Of a DNA stretch of 64,000 nucleotides, positions 1-11,321 are shown in pieces (positions within the stretch are counted from its first letter, which is position 1; each line of letters begins with the position of its first letter). The translations under genes and the position numbers were made by a program. The DNA is from Okamejei kenojei (Eukaryota), in assembly GCA_035221665.1 (NCBI GenBank), contig CM069137.1, forward strand, positions 80,166,001-80,230,000. Reading direction: 5' to 3'. Below the pieces are notes generated by a model that saw nothing but the letters and a program-made list of their open reading frames with translations, was not told the origin of the DNA and searched no databases.

Positions 1-59
1 TCAGGTAAGTTTTTACTAACCTTGAGTTGGTTAGTTTCTGTATTTGTTTGTTCACTTAC

Positions 60-691
60 AAGACAATGGAACGGTGGACCGCTTCAGTCCGGAAAACCGC
101 GGACAAGCGGCAAATCTGCGCGGGAGTCGTGTAGCCCCGTAGGAGCGGCAGGCACCGACTACCTACCTAGGTTCCTTAGACATCTCCTCGACGATGTGCG
201 GACTGATGGTAGAAGCCCCAATTCTTCATCAGAACTTGGGGAAGTCGCCGTCCGCAAATAGTGGCGACAGTCGCATAGCTCATATGGAGCGAATGGTGGA
301 GCAGCTGCTCGAAAGGGACCTTCTCCATTAAGAACGTGTGTCTATAGGATCCAGAAGACACACAGCAGAACTGCCAAGCATCTCTCCCTCTTCAATAGGG
401 AGTGCCAGAAGTCAGGCATTAGCTGACTTTGAAGAGGGGTTGGTGCAAGAACCTGTGTTGCAAGAGATGCCTGAAGAGGAACTTCTGGAAGATGTGTCGA
501 AGTTCGCCCAAGCAGCACAATCAGGGCAACCTCTTCAGCCTAGGCTAACGGCCAGTATCAATTATTTAACTACACACCAGCTGCAGGAACAGGTGATCAC
601 GGAGACTACCAACAAATACAAAGCTCCGGAAAATTGTGTGTTGCTCAATGTCCCTACGTCAACACACCCATCTGGGGAACCATGGAGGTAA
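60..691 (+). pseudogene. DIRS gag-like ORF remnant
   Basis: Lies upstream of RT; contains 'KYKAPENCVLLNVP', resembling DIRS gag; frameshifted. Confidence 0.55.
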
Positions 692-719
692 GGGGGTCTG
701 GTTCTCTTGGGAGTGCTGC

Positions 720-2600
720 ATGTATAACCTCACAAGTAGGAGGGAGATTGCGTACATTCTGGGATGCATGGGGATCTATAACTTCTGACACTATATTACA
801 AAGTATTCAGGGTTATGAAATTGAATCCATAAATGGACACCTTCCCCCAGCTCAGCATGTACCTAACTGGAAATTTGCACTTTCTCACAAAGCAAACGTG
901 GAAGGACATGCGGAACTATTAAGGTTACACACCAAGGGGGTTATAGAAAAAACGACACATGAACCTCTTGAGTTTGTATCTAACATCATTACTAAAACTA
1001 AAAAAGATGGTGGATGTCGTATCATAATTGATTTAACCCACTTGAATACCTTTGTACAATATACCCATTTCAAGATGGAAACATTTGAAACGGCTAAGCA
1101 ATTGATTTCCAGAGGGTGCTTCATGGCCTGCATCGATCTAAAAGATGCATACTATTCAGTACCTATATGGGAACATCACCGTAAATACTTAAAATTTGTC
1201 TGGATGGGGCAACTATGGCAATACAAAGCCCTACCTAATGGGCTTACAACAGCCCCTAGGTTATTTACCAAAATACTAAAACCAGTATTGGGATCTCTAA
1301 GAAGACAAAACCACATAGTCATGGCATATCTAGATGACATTTTAATTGTGGGAAAAACTTAGGTATTAGCTAAATTAGCAGTAACAGCTACCAAATCATT
1401 ATTTGAAAAACTAAGGTTTGTCATCCATCCAGACAAATCTAAGTTCAACCCCTCTGTGATTATGGACTATCTGGGATTCACAATTAACACCAATCATATC
1501 ATTATCACTATCCCAGGGAACAAAGCAACAGACATAATAGAGGCATGTAACAGCCTTGCTTGCGCCAGGAAACCGACTATTAGACATGTTGCTAAGGTGA
1601 TTGGGAAACTTGTAGCTACATTTCCAACTGCACAATTTGGCCCGTTACACTATCAAAACTTGCAAAGAGCAAAAATCTCAGCATTAAAAGCAAACGCTGG
1701 ACATTTTGACAGACCTATGCAGCTGCCAAACAAGGCAGAAATTGAGCTACAATGGTGGATTAGCAATATTAGTGATTTTTTAATCCCATCATTATATCAA
1801 ACCCATCAGTCGTGTTACAAACCGACGCAAATGCCCGGGGCTGGGGAGCTACCGACACCACTTCCAGTTGTGGCGGCAGATGGGATTTGCATGTGTCTAC
1901 TCTTCTTCAATCACAAGGTATAAACTATTTGGAAATGCTGGGAGCATTTCACAGGCTTACTGCACAAATCTGCATCATACGCATGTCCGTCTTCAAATAG
2001 ATAATACCACAGTGGTGGCGTATTTAAACCACATGGGAGGTATCAAGTTAATATCTTGTGATGAATTGGCAAACTTAATGTGGCTCTGGTGTATTGAAAG
2101 AAATATTTGGATATCAGCTATGTACCTTCCGGGTAAGCTCAATACAGTGGCGGACACCAGGTCACGAGTATTTAATGACAACATCGAGTGGATGTTGAAC
2201 CCCCAAATATTTGCTAAAATTATAGCCAAATATGGAACACCAGATATCGACCTCTTTGCGTCCAGGTTGAACCATCAGATACCAACATATGTCTCTTGGG
2301 AACCAGATCCTGGGACAGTGGTGATGGACGCATTCTCGCTACATTGAGGGAAATTGTTTTTCTATGCATTTCCCCCATTCTGCCTCATCAGTCGGGTATT
2401 ACAGAAAATTCAACTAGATTCTGCATCATGTATACTGATAATACCGACTGGCCCACACAACCATGGTACCCGGTGATCCTCAACATGATGAAAGAACCAT
2501 GGGTACAGGTTACCAAATGCCCGAATTTGGTAACCAATCCCATAACAGGTGAAAATCATCTGTGCCATGGTCATCTGAACCTGTTAGCTTGCAGGTTCTG
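720..2600 (+). pseudogene. DIRS pol: reverse transcriptase + RNase H + DNA N6-adenine methyltransferase-like domain (disrupted)
   Basis: RT motifs GGRL, RIIIDL, IDLKDAYYSVPI, LPNGLTTAPRLFTK, YLDDIL. RNase H motifs TDA..GWGA, INYLEM, IDNTTVVAYLN, LPGKLNTVAD. MT motifs DLFASRLN and YAFPPF (~2362-2380). In-frame TAG at 1360-1362 plus frameshifts. Confidence 0.92.
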
Positions 2601-3557
2601 AAGAGGCCATTACTGGAATTCGGGCTGTCAACAAGAATCATGGACATCATAACAGCATCGTGCAGAGAGTCCACAAGAAAGCAATAATTCACCCACATAA
2701 GGAAATGGGAGGCCTTCTGTAGTCGGACCAAGACCACCTACAACTCTGCTACGATCACCATTGTGCTGGAATTCCTCGCGGTCCTTCATTATGATGAGGG
2801 CCTCAGTTACAGTGCCATAAACAGTGCCAGGAGTGCACTGTCATCCTATCTCAACATTGGAGTGGGATCTCACCAGCTGGTATCTAAACTCATGAAGGGT
2901 ATATTCAATTCCAACCCTCCCCAACCACGATATAATATTACCTGGGATATTGGGGTTGTGTTGTCCCTACTCAGGTGATGTTCGCCTATGTTGGATTTAC
3001 CACTGGACAAACTCACCTTCAAAGTGGTGATGTTAATTGCACTGACCACATCACAACGGGTCCAGACTCTACATAAACTAAAACTGGATAGAATGGTCTC
3101 GACCCCCAATAAATTGACTTTCTTTATAGTTGAGTTACTTAAACAACACATGTCTGGATCTACAGGTATGACATTGGAATTCCTAGCATACCCCATTGAT
3201 GTAATACTCTGTATAGCCACCTATCTCCGACATTATATCAATGTCACACACAACATCAGGAAAATGGAGATGGGTCTGTTTATCAGCTATAACAACCCAC
3301 ATCACAGGGTGATGGTGCAGACTATCTCCAGGTGGCTCAGGGTGGGTTTGGGTGCAGCAGGTATAGACACTAACATTTTAATATCTCATTCTACCAGGGC
3401 TGCATCCACATCAGCGGCGAGGACCATGGAGGTACCCACGGATCATGTCCTCGCAACAGCGGGCTGGGCCAGTGAAAGTACATTTCAGCGTTTTTATAAC
3501 AAACCTGTGGCCGCTCCCGCAACGTTTGCGGATTCAGTTTTAAGTGCTGTTCCCTAA
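2600..3557 (+). pseudogene. DIRS tyrosine recombinase (disrupted)
   Basis: Motifs YSAINSARSALS, LIALTTSQRVQTL, HSTRAASTS and AGW.SESTFQRFY.K (R, HxxR, W, Y catalytic residues). Internal stops near 2687 and 2977. Confidence 0.92.
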
Positions 3558-3751
3558 ACGTTTGTCCCTGAATTCAGGGTTTTTTTGTTTGTATTAATAA
3601 ATACGTTATTATTTTTCAGCTTGTTCAAGTCTGAAATAAGTTAACATACTTCCTCCATCAGTAATTACGGCAGTGTGTGAGCATGGACGTGGTCCAGGGC
3701 TTGGAATCACAGAGCTTTGAAATCTTCACGAAGTCACGCACGTGACACCAA

Positions 3752-4056
3752 AGTAAAATGTTAAGATTAATTGAGAACTTACCAGTTTGAAGTTTGATCC
3801 TTATTTTATGAGGAGTTACAATGAGGGATTTTGTGCCCTCCGCTCCCAACCCTCTATCATCAGGTCAACTGGTATATTAGTGTCTCTTAATCTTACTACC
3901 TTCAGTCATTGTTGTTATCAGTGATTCCACACCGCTGCTTTGAAGAATGTTGCGCATGCGTGCTGGTGGGGTCTTCACGAAATCCCTCATCACAACTCCT
4001 CATAAAATAAGGATCAAACTTCAAACTGGTAAGTTCTCATTTAATCTTACTATTTT
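3752..4056. repeat. DIRS internal complementary region and right terminus (~80-bp inverted pair)
   Basis: AAGATTAATTGAGAACTTACCAGTTTGAAGTTTGATCCTTATTTTATGAGGAG (3762-3814) is the near-perfect reverse complement of ~3996-4048. Confidence 0.9.
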
Positions 4057-5304
4057 GACAGTTGATACAAGCACTAGCCAGCCGTTACCCTTTGCTTTCT
4101 ACCACAGAGCCAATTTTGTTTCCAACTTACATCATTCACATCCATTTTGGATCTTACTTTTTTGACCAGTTTGCAGGATAGGACCAGATGAAAGATCATG
4201 CTAAGCTCTGTGAGGACTACCTCAAATGCCCTGCCCTCGGTAACCCTGGCCCCATGCTATTGTCTCAAACATTTAAATCTAATTCCCTTAATAAATCCAA
4301 ACTGACTCTGCCTGATTAATCTGTGCTATCTAAGCAATGGTATATATTGTTCCTTAGCGTGGATTCCAAAATATTACTCACCATTAAACGTAAACTTGCT
4401 TGTAATTACTACGTTACTTTTACATCCCTTTTTAAAACAACATAGCATTAGCAATTCTCCTATCCTTTGGTATCACTCTTGCAGCCTGGAAAGGTTGAGT
4501 AATCAAGCTTTTCCCTGTTCCCAGACATCAATATCCCCAATATTCCTCGCTGCTGGTTTCTTGCTCTTCCTCGGCAGCTGACCTCTGGAAACAAAGTTAA
4601 CAAAGCACTGATCTCAACTAAAGTCTAATGCACAAGGATTCATTCATGCCGACTTCATATTGGAAGTTAATATCAGCCCTACTTCCAACAAGACTATCGT
4701 GTTCAGAAAAAATCTTTGTCTAACATGAATGACTGATAGCTACATTTTCCATATTCTTGACTCAATCAAGAAATAGACGCTGAATCATGAAGTAGCAGTG
4801 TTTTTCAGCTCAGATAGCCACTTACAGTCTTGATGTATTTTGTCTCAAATAACTTTTCATTCCTGATTCATCGTCAATTCTGGTACTTCACTCTGACTTT
4901 GCACTGTCTGTGCTTGTTACAATGTGGGATGCATCATATCCATTAAAATAGTGAAGATGTAGTTTCTCCTGTGTCATTCTAAGACATCAATGATTTCTCC
5001 ACACTATTCATCTTCTTTAAGAACTTTCTAGTCTACTTGTCTTTAGTTATTTGCTTCCTTCCACTGAATGATGTATTGTAAGTATACTGATGCATCTTGC
5101 TTTCTATCTGATGAGAGAACTTGGAATCCTTTGTTTAAATGCATTGGTACTGCATTTGAGCTGAAGATGTGTTGCCAGCAATGGAAGCAGCAATGGAATC
5201 AGAGCTAAAAGGGATTTTAATAACATTACAGACAAAAAAAGTATTTTCCTGTCAGCTATGGGTAGGAATCTTCTTCAACCTCACTTGTTTTCTGTAACTC
5301 TTGA

Positions 5305-6050
5305 TTAGAATGGATGTCAAGGGTTATGGGGAGTAGGCAGGAAAATTGGATTAGGAGGCAGAGATCAACCATGATTGAATGGCGGAGTGGACTCGAAGGG
5401 CCAAATGACCAAATTCTATTCCTATAACGTGTGAACTGGTGAACTTGTAATTCTGCAGATACATTATCAATGAATCGAGGTTTTAAATTATATCCTCCAA
5501 AGATGGTGAACTCGCTGTACAGAAACTGAGATGCCTTTCACTAAAAACACATTTTCAACTAAATGGATTCCTCCTCAGTAGCATTAACTATGGTGACAAA
5601 TGCAATATTTTTCATCTCTGAAATTCATTCCAATGCTGTTTTTGGAGAGCTTGCTGTGTTCAAATTGTTGTTTATTATTTATATTAACAATTTGGATATG
5701 AACGAAGTGCTATGGCTAGTAATTTTTGCAGATGACACCAATATTTGTGGTCTAGTGGAGAATGAAGAAGATTACAGTGGGATCTGGATCATGGTCAATG
5801 GGCCGATGAATGGCGGAAGGTGGTGAGTATGTGGAATGAGCTGCCAGAGGAAGCTTTAGAGATGGGTACAGTTACACATAAAATAAATTAGGACAGTTCA
5901 TGGATTGGAAAGGTTCAGAGGCAGAGATAAGAAGAGAGAGATAGGGAGAGGTAGAGAGAGGTAGAGAGAGGTAGGCAAATGGGATTGCTTAGATGTTGGT
6001 TGGCATGGATAAATTGAGCTGAGGTGATCTTTCCCTGCTGTATAACACCA
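5305..6050 (+). mobile_element. CR1 LINE fragments (3' tail and RT piece)
   Basis: 'FIIYINNLD...IFADDT' and CR1 3' tail motifs (ggatgtcaagggttatgggg...gaagggcc). Confidence 0.75.
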
Positions 6051-6699
6051 CAATATAGTCCACTCATTCTCGATTGCTCTTTCAAAAAGCTGGCCCAGAC
6101 TTGATGGGCAGAATGGCATCCATCCATCCATGCTCTAACCTTTTGAACCCGCGGGTGTAGAAGTATTTCCCATTATGTCACAATCCTGGAAATGGCATGT
6201 GTTCAATCAAATTGACTATTCCAGCTCCTGCTGTTACTTCCTTTGCAAAAGACAGAATAATTAGGTTATAATTAAGATATCAGAAAGCAGCGTTCATTTT
6301 CCAGCTGATAGGAAATCTGTAATTCATACATCAGAAGTCTCCTTAATATTCTTTGCAGGTTTAAGGCACTGCAACTAAAGGACATTTTCATTATAACTTC
6401 TGTGAAACGTACGACCCACATTACTATTTTATCATAATATTTTATAATCTTACTCTAGTTCATGTTCTATGGTTGGTGTATCTTTCACAGTATAATAGGT
6501 GGGGTAGTGTGCCTTGCACATTACAATTAATGTTACTTCTAATTCTGGTATATGATATACCAAAGCTATAGCTGATTGTCATTGCTAGTATGTAAAGAAT
6601 TAATGTCTGGGCACCTAAAGTATTGGTCTGAAGTAATGAGTTTCAATACGACCATGGCAATTTGGCGGCTTGGTGGTGCAGCGGTAGAGTTGCTGAGAC

Positions 6700-6753
6700 G
6701 GAGTGGAAGATTACAACCTTCACGTTGTCCGCCCTGTTTCGACGAATGCAATC
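6700..6753 (+). ncRNA. Minimal HDV-like ribozyme lacking P4 (mutated copy)
   Basis: P1 GGAGTGG/CCGCCCT, P2 GATTACA/TGCAATC, P3 ACC/TGT, L3 TTCACGT, J4/2 C-GAA. One mismatch each in P1, P2 and P3 relative to the family consensus. Confidence 0.7.
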
Positions 6754-6840
6754 AAGCCGGTGTGCACAATCAAATAAGATCAAATAGAACAAGTTGTCCT
6801 ACAACTTTAGGCTGTGCATGCCATCCGCAGGAAGAAGAAG
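6700..6840 (+). mobile_element. ~140-bp short retroposon with minimal HDV-like ribozyme head and (AAG)n tail, copy 1
   Basis: Homologous to 45955-46095 and 54542-54674; inserted in a V-SINE head; ends gaagaagaag. Confidence 0.85.
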
Positions 6841-8247
6841 CGCCAGAGACCCGGGTTCGAACCTGACTATGGGTACTTTTTCTGTACAGAGTTTGTATTT
6901 TCTCCCCATGACCTGTGTGGGGTTTCTCCGGGATCTACAGTTTTTCTTCCAGCACTCCAAAAACATACAGGTTTGTAGGTTAATTGGCTTGGTATAATTT
7001 TAAATTGTCCCTAGTGTATGTAAGATAACATTTGTGTATGGCGATTGTTGGTCGTAACGGACTAGTTGGAACGAAGAGCCTATTTTGGCGCTGTATCTCT
7101 AAATGAATTAGAGTTTTAGAGTCATACAGCATGGAAATAAGCCCTTCAGTCCAACTTGCCCATGCCATTCAAGCTCCCCTATATGCACTATTCCCATCTG
7201 CCCATGTTTGGCCTATATCCCTCTAACCCTTTCCTATCCATGTACCTGTTCTTTTAAATGGTATAGCACCTGTGTCAAATACATCCATTGGCAGCCAGTT
7301 TCATTTATCCCCTCAGGATAACTCAGGTCCTCAAGACTTGGCAATATCCTTGTGAATCTTCTGTGCACAATCTCCATTGTAACAACATTCTTCCAATAGC
7401 AGGGTGACCAAAACTGAATACAATACTCTAAATACGGCCTCACCAATGTCTTGTACAACTGTAACATGACCTCCAAACCTCTCTACCCAGTACCCTGACT
7501 GAAAAAAGCTAATGTACCAAAAGCCTTCTTAACCACCCCGGCTACCTGAGACGCCACTTTCAGGACACTATGTACATGCAGTCCTTAATCCCTCTGCTCT
7601 ACCACACTTCCCAGGGCCTTGCCATTCACTGTGAAGGTCCTGCCCTGGTTTGACTTCCCAAATGCAATACCTCGCACTTAACTTCATTAAACTCCATTAA
7701 CCACTCCTCAGACCACTTGCTCAGCGGATCAAGATCCTGCTGTAATTTTTGATAACCATAATCTCTATTTACCATACCACCTACTTTAGTGTCATCTGTA
7801 AACTTACTAATCATGCCTTGTACATTCTCATCCAAAACTCAATCAGGTTCACGATACACAATCTCCCAAGTACAAAACCATGCTGACTATCCCTAATCAG
7901 CCTCTGTCAATCCAAACGCATATATATCTTAAGGGCCTGTCCCACTTGGGCGACCTAATCCGTGAGTTCTGGCAAGTTTGCCCTCGACCCATACTCGCAG
8001 CGTGTTCGACACGAGGTCGTAGGAGGTCTTCGTAACTCTCCTTCATGCTCAAGAGTGGTCTCCGTGTACTCGAGGCCTCGGTAGGTCGCGCCGTTTTTTC
8101 CAATGTTAAAAAATGCCCGCGAGTAAAAAAAGGTCGCCATGGAAAAAATTGATACTTTTTTTACTCATAGGTTTAGTCGTAGTAGGTTGTAGTAGGTCAG
8201 AGTAGGTCGGCATGTTAGTCGTAGGTAATCGAGGGTTGTCATAGGTA

Positions 8248-11200
8248 CTTCTTCGAGTCCGTTGCAATCTCAGATGTCGTTCTGCCAGTATCTGGCGCAG
8301 GTCACAGCTGGTCGGTTCAGCCAGGTCCTGGGGGCTGCACTGGGGGGCGTCGTCACACTCCAGTAGGTGGGACATTGTCTGTACTGCCTGGTAGTTCCAT
8401 GCTTTCATAGGTGCTTTGCACCTCCCCTGCTCCACTCGTAAACTGTTGAGGGTCTTCCAGGTTGGCCATGGGAGGTCGTGCCCGCTGGCGAGGCATTCAG
8501 TCGGAGTGATTCCTCTCTCCATCCAGTCGTGGGCTCGTGTGTTGAGCTGGTTCCATTCATCTTTCCAAATGTTGATCCTTGCTGTTTCTTTGGTTGTCTG
8601 GAGAGGTGGGACTGTCTGCAAGAAACTGGCTCTGGATTTCAGTCGGGGTGGAGGTGCTGTGTGTCCGTGCAGGGGGTGCCTGGTATCGATCTCCTGTGCT
8701 CTCCACTCATCTTGGGCGATGATGGATCGTCTAATATATGGGGGGGGGGGGCAATACCAGCTAGGGCGTAGAGGCACGGGACTGGCGTTGTCTTTATGCA
8801 TCCATTGATGATGCGGCAGGTGTTGTTGAGGGCTGTGCCAACCAGTTTGGTGTGATGGGAGCGGCTCCAGCTTGAGCACGCATATTCAGCTGTGGAGAAG
8901 CACAGGGCCAGGGCAGTTGCGCGGATGGTTGGTGGATCAGCGCCCCACTTTGAGTTTACCAGTTTGCGCAGGATGTTGTTGCGAGTGTTGACCTTGGCTT
9001 TGGTGTTCTGAAGGTGGGTTTTGAAAGAGAGTGTCCTGTCGAGTGTGACTCCGAGGTACACGGGGTGGAAGTGGTTGGAGAGTTCGTGGCCATCCCATGA
9101 GACGCTCAGTTGTTTTCCTGCATCTCGATTTTTAAGGTGGAAGCTGCATAGTTGGGTTTTTGATGGGTTGGGTTTCAGGTGGTTGTTATTGTAGTAGGTT
9201 GTCATCTCTTGGAGGGCGCTTCCCAGGACATACTCGATCTTCTGGAAGTTCTCCTGTTGGGTGGTGATGCAGAGGTCATCAGCATAGATGAAGCGGCGGC
9301 ATTGTGGGGGAAGTGGTTGGTCGTTGGTGTAGATGTTGAAGAGGACGGGGCCAGTACGCTGCCTTGTGGTAGGCCATTCTTTTGGGCTTTCCATTTGCTC
9401 TTCTTGCCGTTTAGTTGAACGAAGAAGCGCCTGCTGTTGAGAAGGCTTTTGATGACTTGGCACAGGTCGAGGTCACCAGTCATGTCAAAAAGTTTCCTGA
9501 TCATGGTGCGGTGCTGGACAGTGTCGTAGGCAGCGGTGAGGTCTATGAAAGCTGCTCCGGTGATGAGTTTGCACTCAAAACCGTCCTCAATGTGTTCAGT
9601 AGCTGCCCGGCACAGGAGCGGCCAGAGCGGAAGCCAGCTTGATCTTTAGTAAGCTTGGAGTCTATAAGTGGCATAAGCGTTGGAGTAGTAGCCTCTCGTA
9701 GAGCTTGTAGGTGATGCAGAGGAGGGAAATGGGTCTGTAGCTCTTTGGGGATGATGGGTCCTTTCCAGGTTTGGGAATTGCGACAGTCTTGGCCTTTCTC
9801 CATACAGGTGGGGTGCCCATGCATGAGTTCAGCATTGCTAAGAGCCAGGTCTATGCTTTAGGTCCCAGGTGCTGTATCATTTCCGTCAGTACATCATCGA
9901 TTCCTGCTGCTTTCCCAGGTTTCAGCATGCTCATTGCAGCTTCGAGTTCTTCTAGGTCGAAGGGCTTGGTGAGAGCGCTGGCTGGTTGTAGGCGGTCTGT
10001 TACCGCTGTCCGGCGGTATTCTCCTGTGGGTCTGCGCCGGTTTTGGCTACAACCGTTTGCCACCAGCTGTGCTGCAACTGAGTTTGCTGTGACTGTTGTG
10101 AGTGTGGGCGGTGTGGTATGGTCTTCACCGAGGCGGTGGATTGTGGCCCATGCCTTCCTGCTGTTATTGTTATTCTATCAACTCCTTCCAGACTTGCCTT
10201 CGGTCCTCCCCGACTGTGTTCAACAGGATCTCTCCGAGTTCCATGGTGGTGGAGGAGAAAGGGCCCTCGTGGTGTGCCCTGTGGTAGGCTTTCAGTAGAT
10301 CGCTGGATGTTTCCGACAGCCCGGGGATGTACTCGGTCTGGCATCCTCTTGGTATATGTTGCCTGGCTGACCTTTTCAGCAGTTCTGTGAACATGGTATA
10401 GTTGTTGGGGTGTGATGGAATACTGGGGATGGAGTCTTCGATCTCCTGTTGGAATGACAGCCAGTCGGCCTTCCGCAGATTTTCCCCTTCTGCAGAAGGG
10501 GACGGTTGTTGCTTGGAGAGCGGATCGGATGGTTATGGTGATTGCCTGGTGTTGCGTATGGGGGATAGGGTCCAGGACCTCTTTCACAGCTCTGGATGAT
10601 AGTTCGCTGCTCACACAAACAAGGTCTGGGTTATATCCTCGTTTCCATCTGGCACTGTGGAAAGATTTTGGCAGTTTGGCGCATGGATCAGGGTCAGGTG
10701 TTTCGACTCGAGCCAGGTTTCGACTTCATCTCCATATTGATTGTTCACTTCATAGCCCCACATGAGCTATGGGCATTGAAGTCCCCAATGCTAATGTGGC
10801 ATTTCCTCTTGCATCTGTCTGGCAGTTCAGGGTGGAGGAACGGACTTTGGGGGGGTTTATACACTGATGTGACAGAGATGTTTGGGAGGGCAACTGTGAT
10901 GGTTTCCATTTGCCCTTCGGTGGTGTGGGTGCAGACCTCTTCGATCGCGAGGTTTGGTCTGCTGAATACAGCTGACCCATACTGTCTGTGTCGGATCTCG
11001 GCCACCAGCTTCATTCCAGGGATGGCTGGTCGGTGTTGTGTAGGGCCGGTGTGGGTTTCCTGCATGCACACTATGTCGAAGCCTTTGGCCGCTGTCGCTA
11101 GTATGTCTGCCTTGCATCTGGAGAAGCCTTCAATATTGATTGAGGCGATTGAAAGTGCAGGCCCCGGGGAGGGCGAGTGTCTGTGGCGTGTCGGCATGGT

Positions 11201-11321
11201 CATCTAGTAGATTGCTTGGGTAAGTATACAGATATTGGCCCACTGGTGGTAATAATATCAGATTATACCATTCAGTGTTTCCCAGGCTGCACCACGGGGA
11301 GGTTTCTGTATTAGCAGCCCC
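8248..11321 (-). mobile_element. Full-length RTE-X/RTE-clade LINE (APE endonuclease + RT), frameshifted
   Basis: ATG at 11203. APE motifs SINIEG, CMQETH, SVYKPP, GDFNAH, PHTQH; RT motifs GLPQGSVLAP, LFNIY, YADD; C-terminal QTMSHLLEC. Stop at ~8270, very short 3' UTR and (AAG)n tail. Confidence 0.9.
11226..11320 (-). ncRNA. HDV-like self-cleaving ribozyme at the 5' end of the RTE-X LINE
   Basis: Minus strand: P1 GGGCTGC/GCAGCCT (G1.U wobble), P2 ATACAGA/TCTGTAT, P3 ACC/GGT, L3 TCCCCGT, P1.1 GG, P4 CACTG..TGGT/ACCA..CAGTG, J4/2 GGCCAAT. Coincides with the element boundary. Confidence 0.9.

Larger units (their letters stand above)
1..4056 (+). mobile_element. DIRS1-type tyrosine-recombinase retrotransposon, defective; 5' end lies outside the window
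   Basis: Domain order is gag-like, RT, RNase H, methyltransferase-like, tyrosine recombinase. An internal complementary region (~3752-3830) is inverted relative to the right terminus (~3978-4056), which ends in TATTTT. Stops and frameshifts are present. Confidence 0.95.
6665..7105 (+). mobile_element. tRNA-derived V-SINE (HE1-like), interrupted at 6700-6840
   Basis: A-box ggtgcagcggtagag, B-box gggttcgaacc, V-domain (ggtttctccgg...ccaaa...aggttaattgg) and CR1-like tail ending ctgtatctctaaa. Confidence 0.85.

Noticed and set aside
2988-3557. Phage integrase / prophage
   Set aside because: The tyrosine recombinase is linked to RT/RNase H and DIRS termini.
8252-8271. AGATTGCAAC shared by the RTE-X 3' UTR and the short element head
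   Set aside because: Only 10 nt and at non-equivalent positions; not enough to claim homology.
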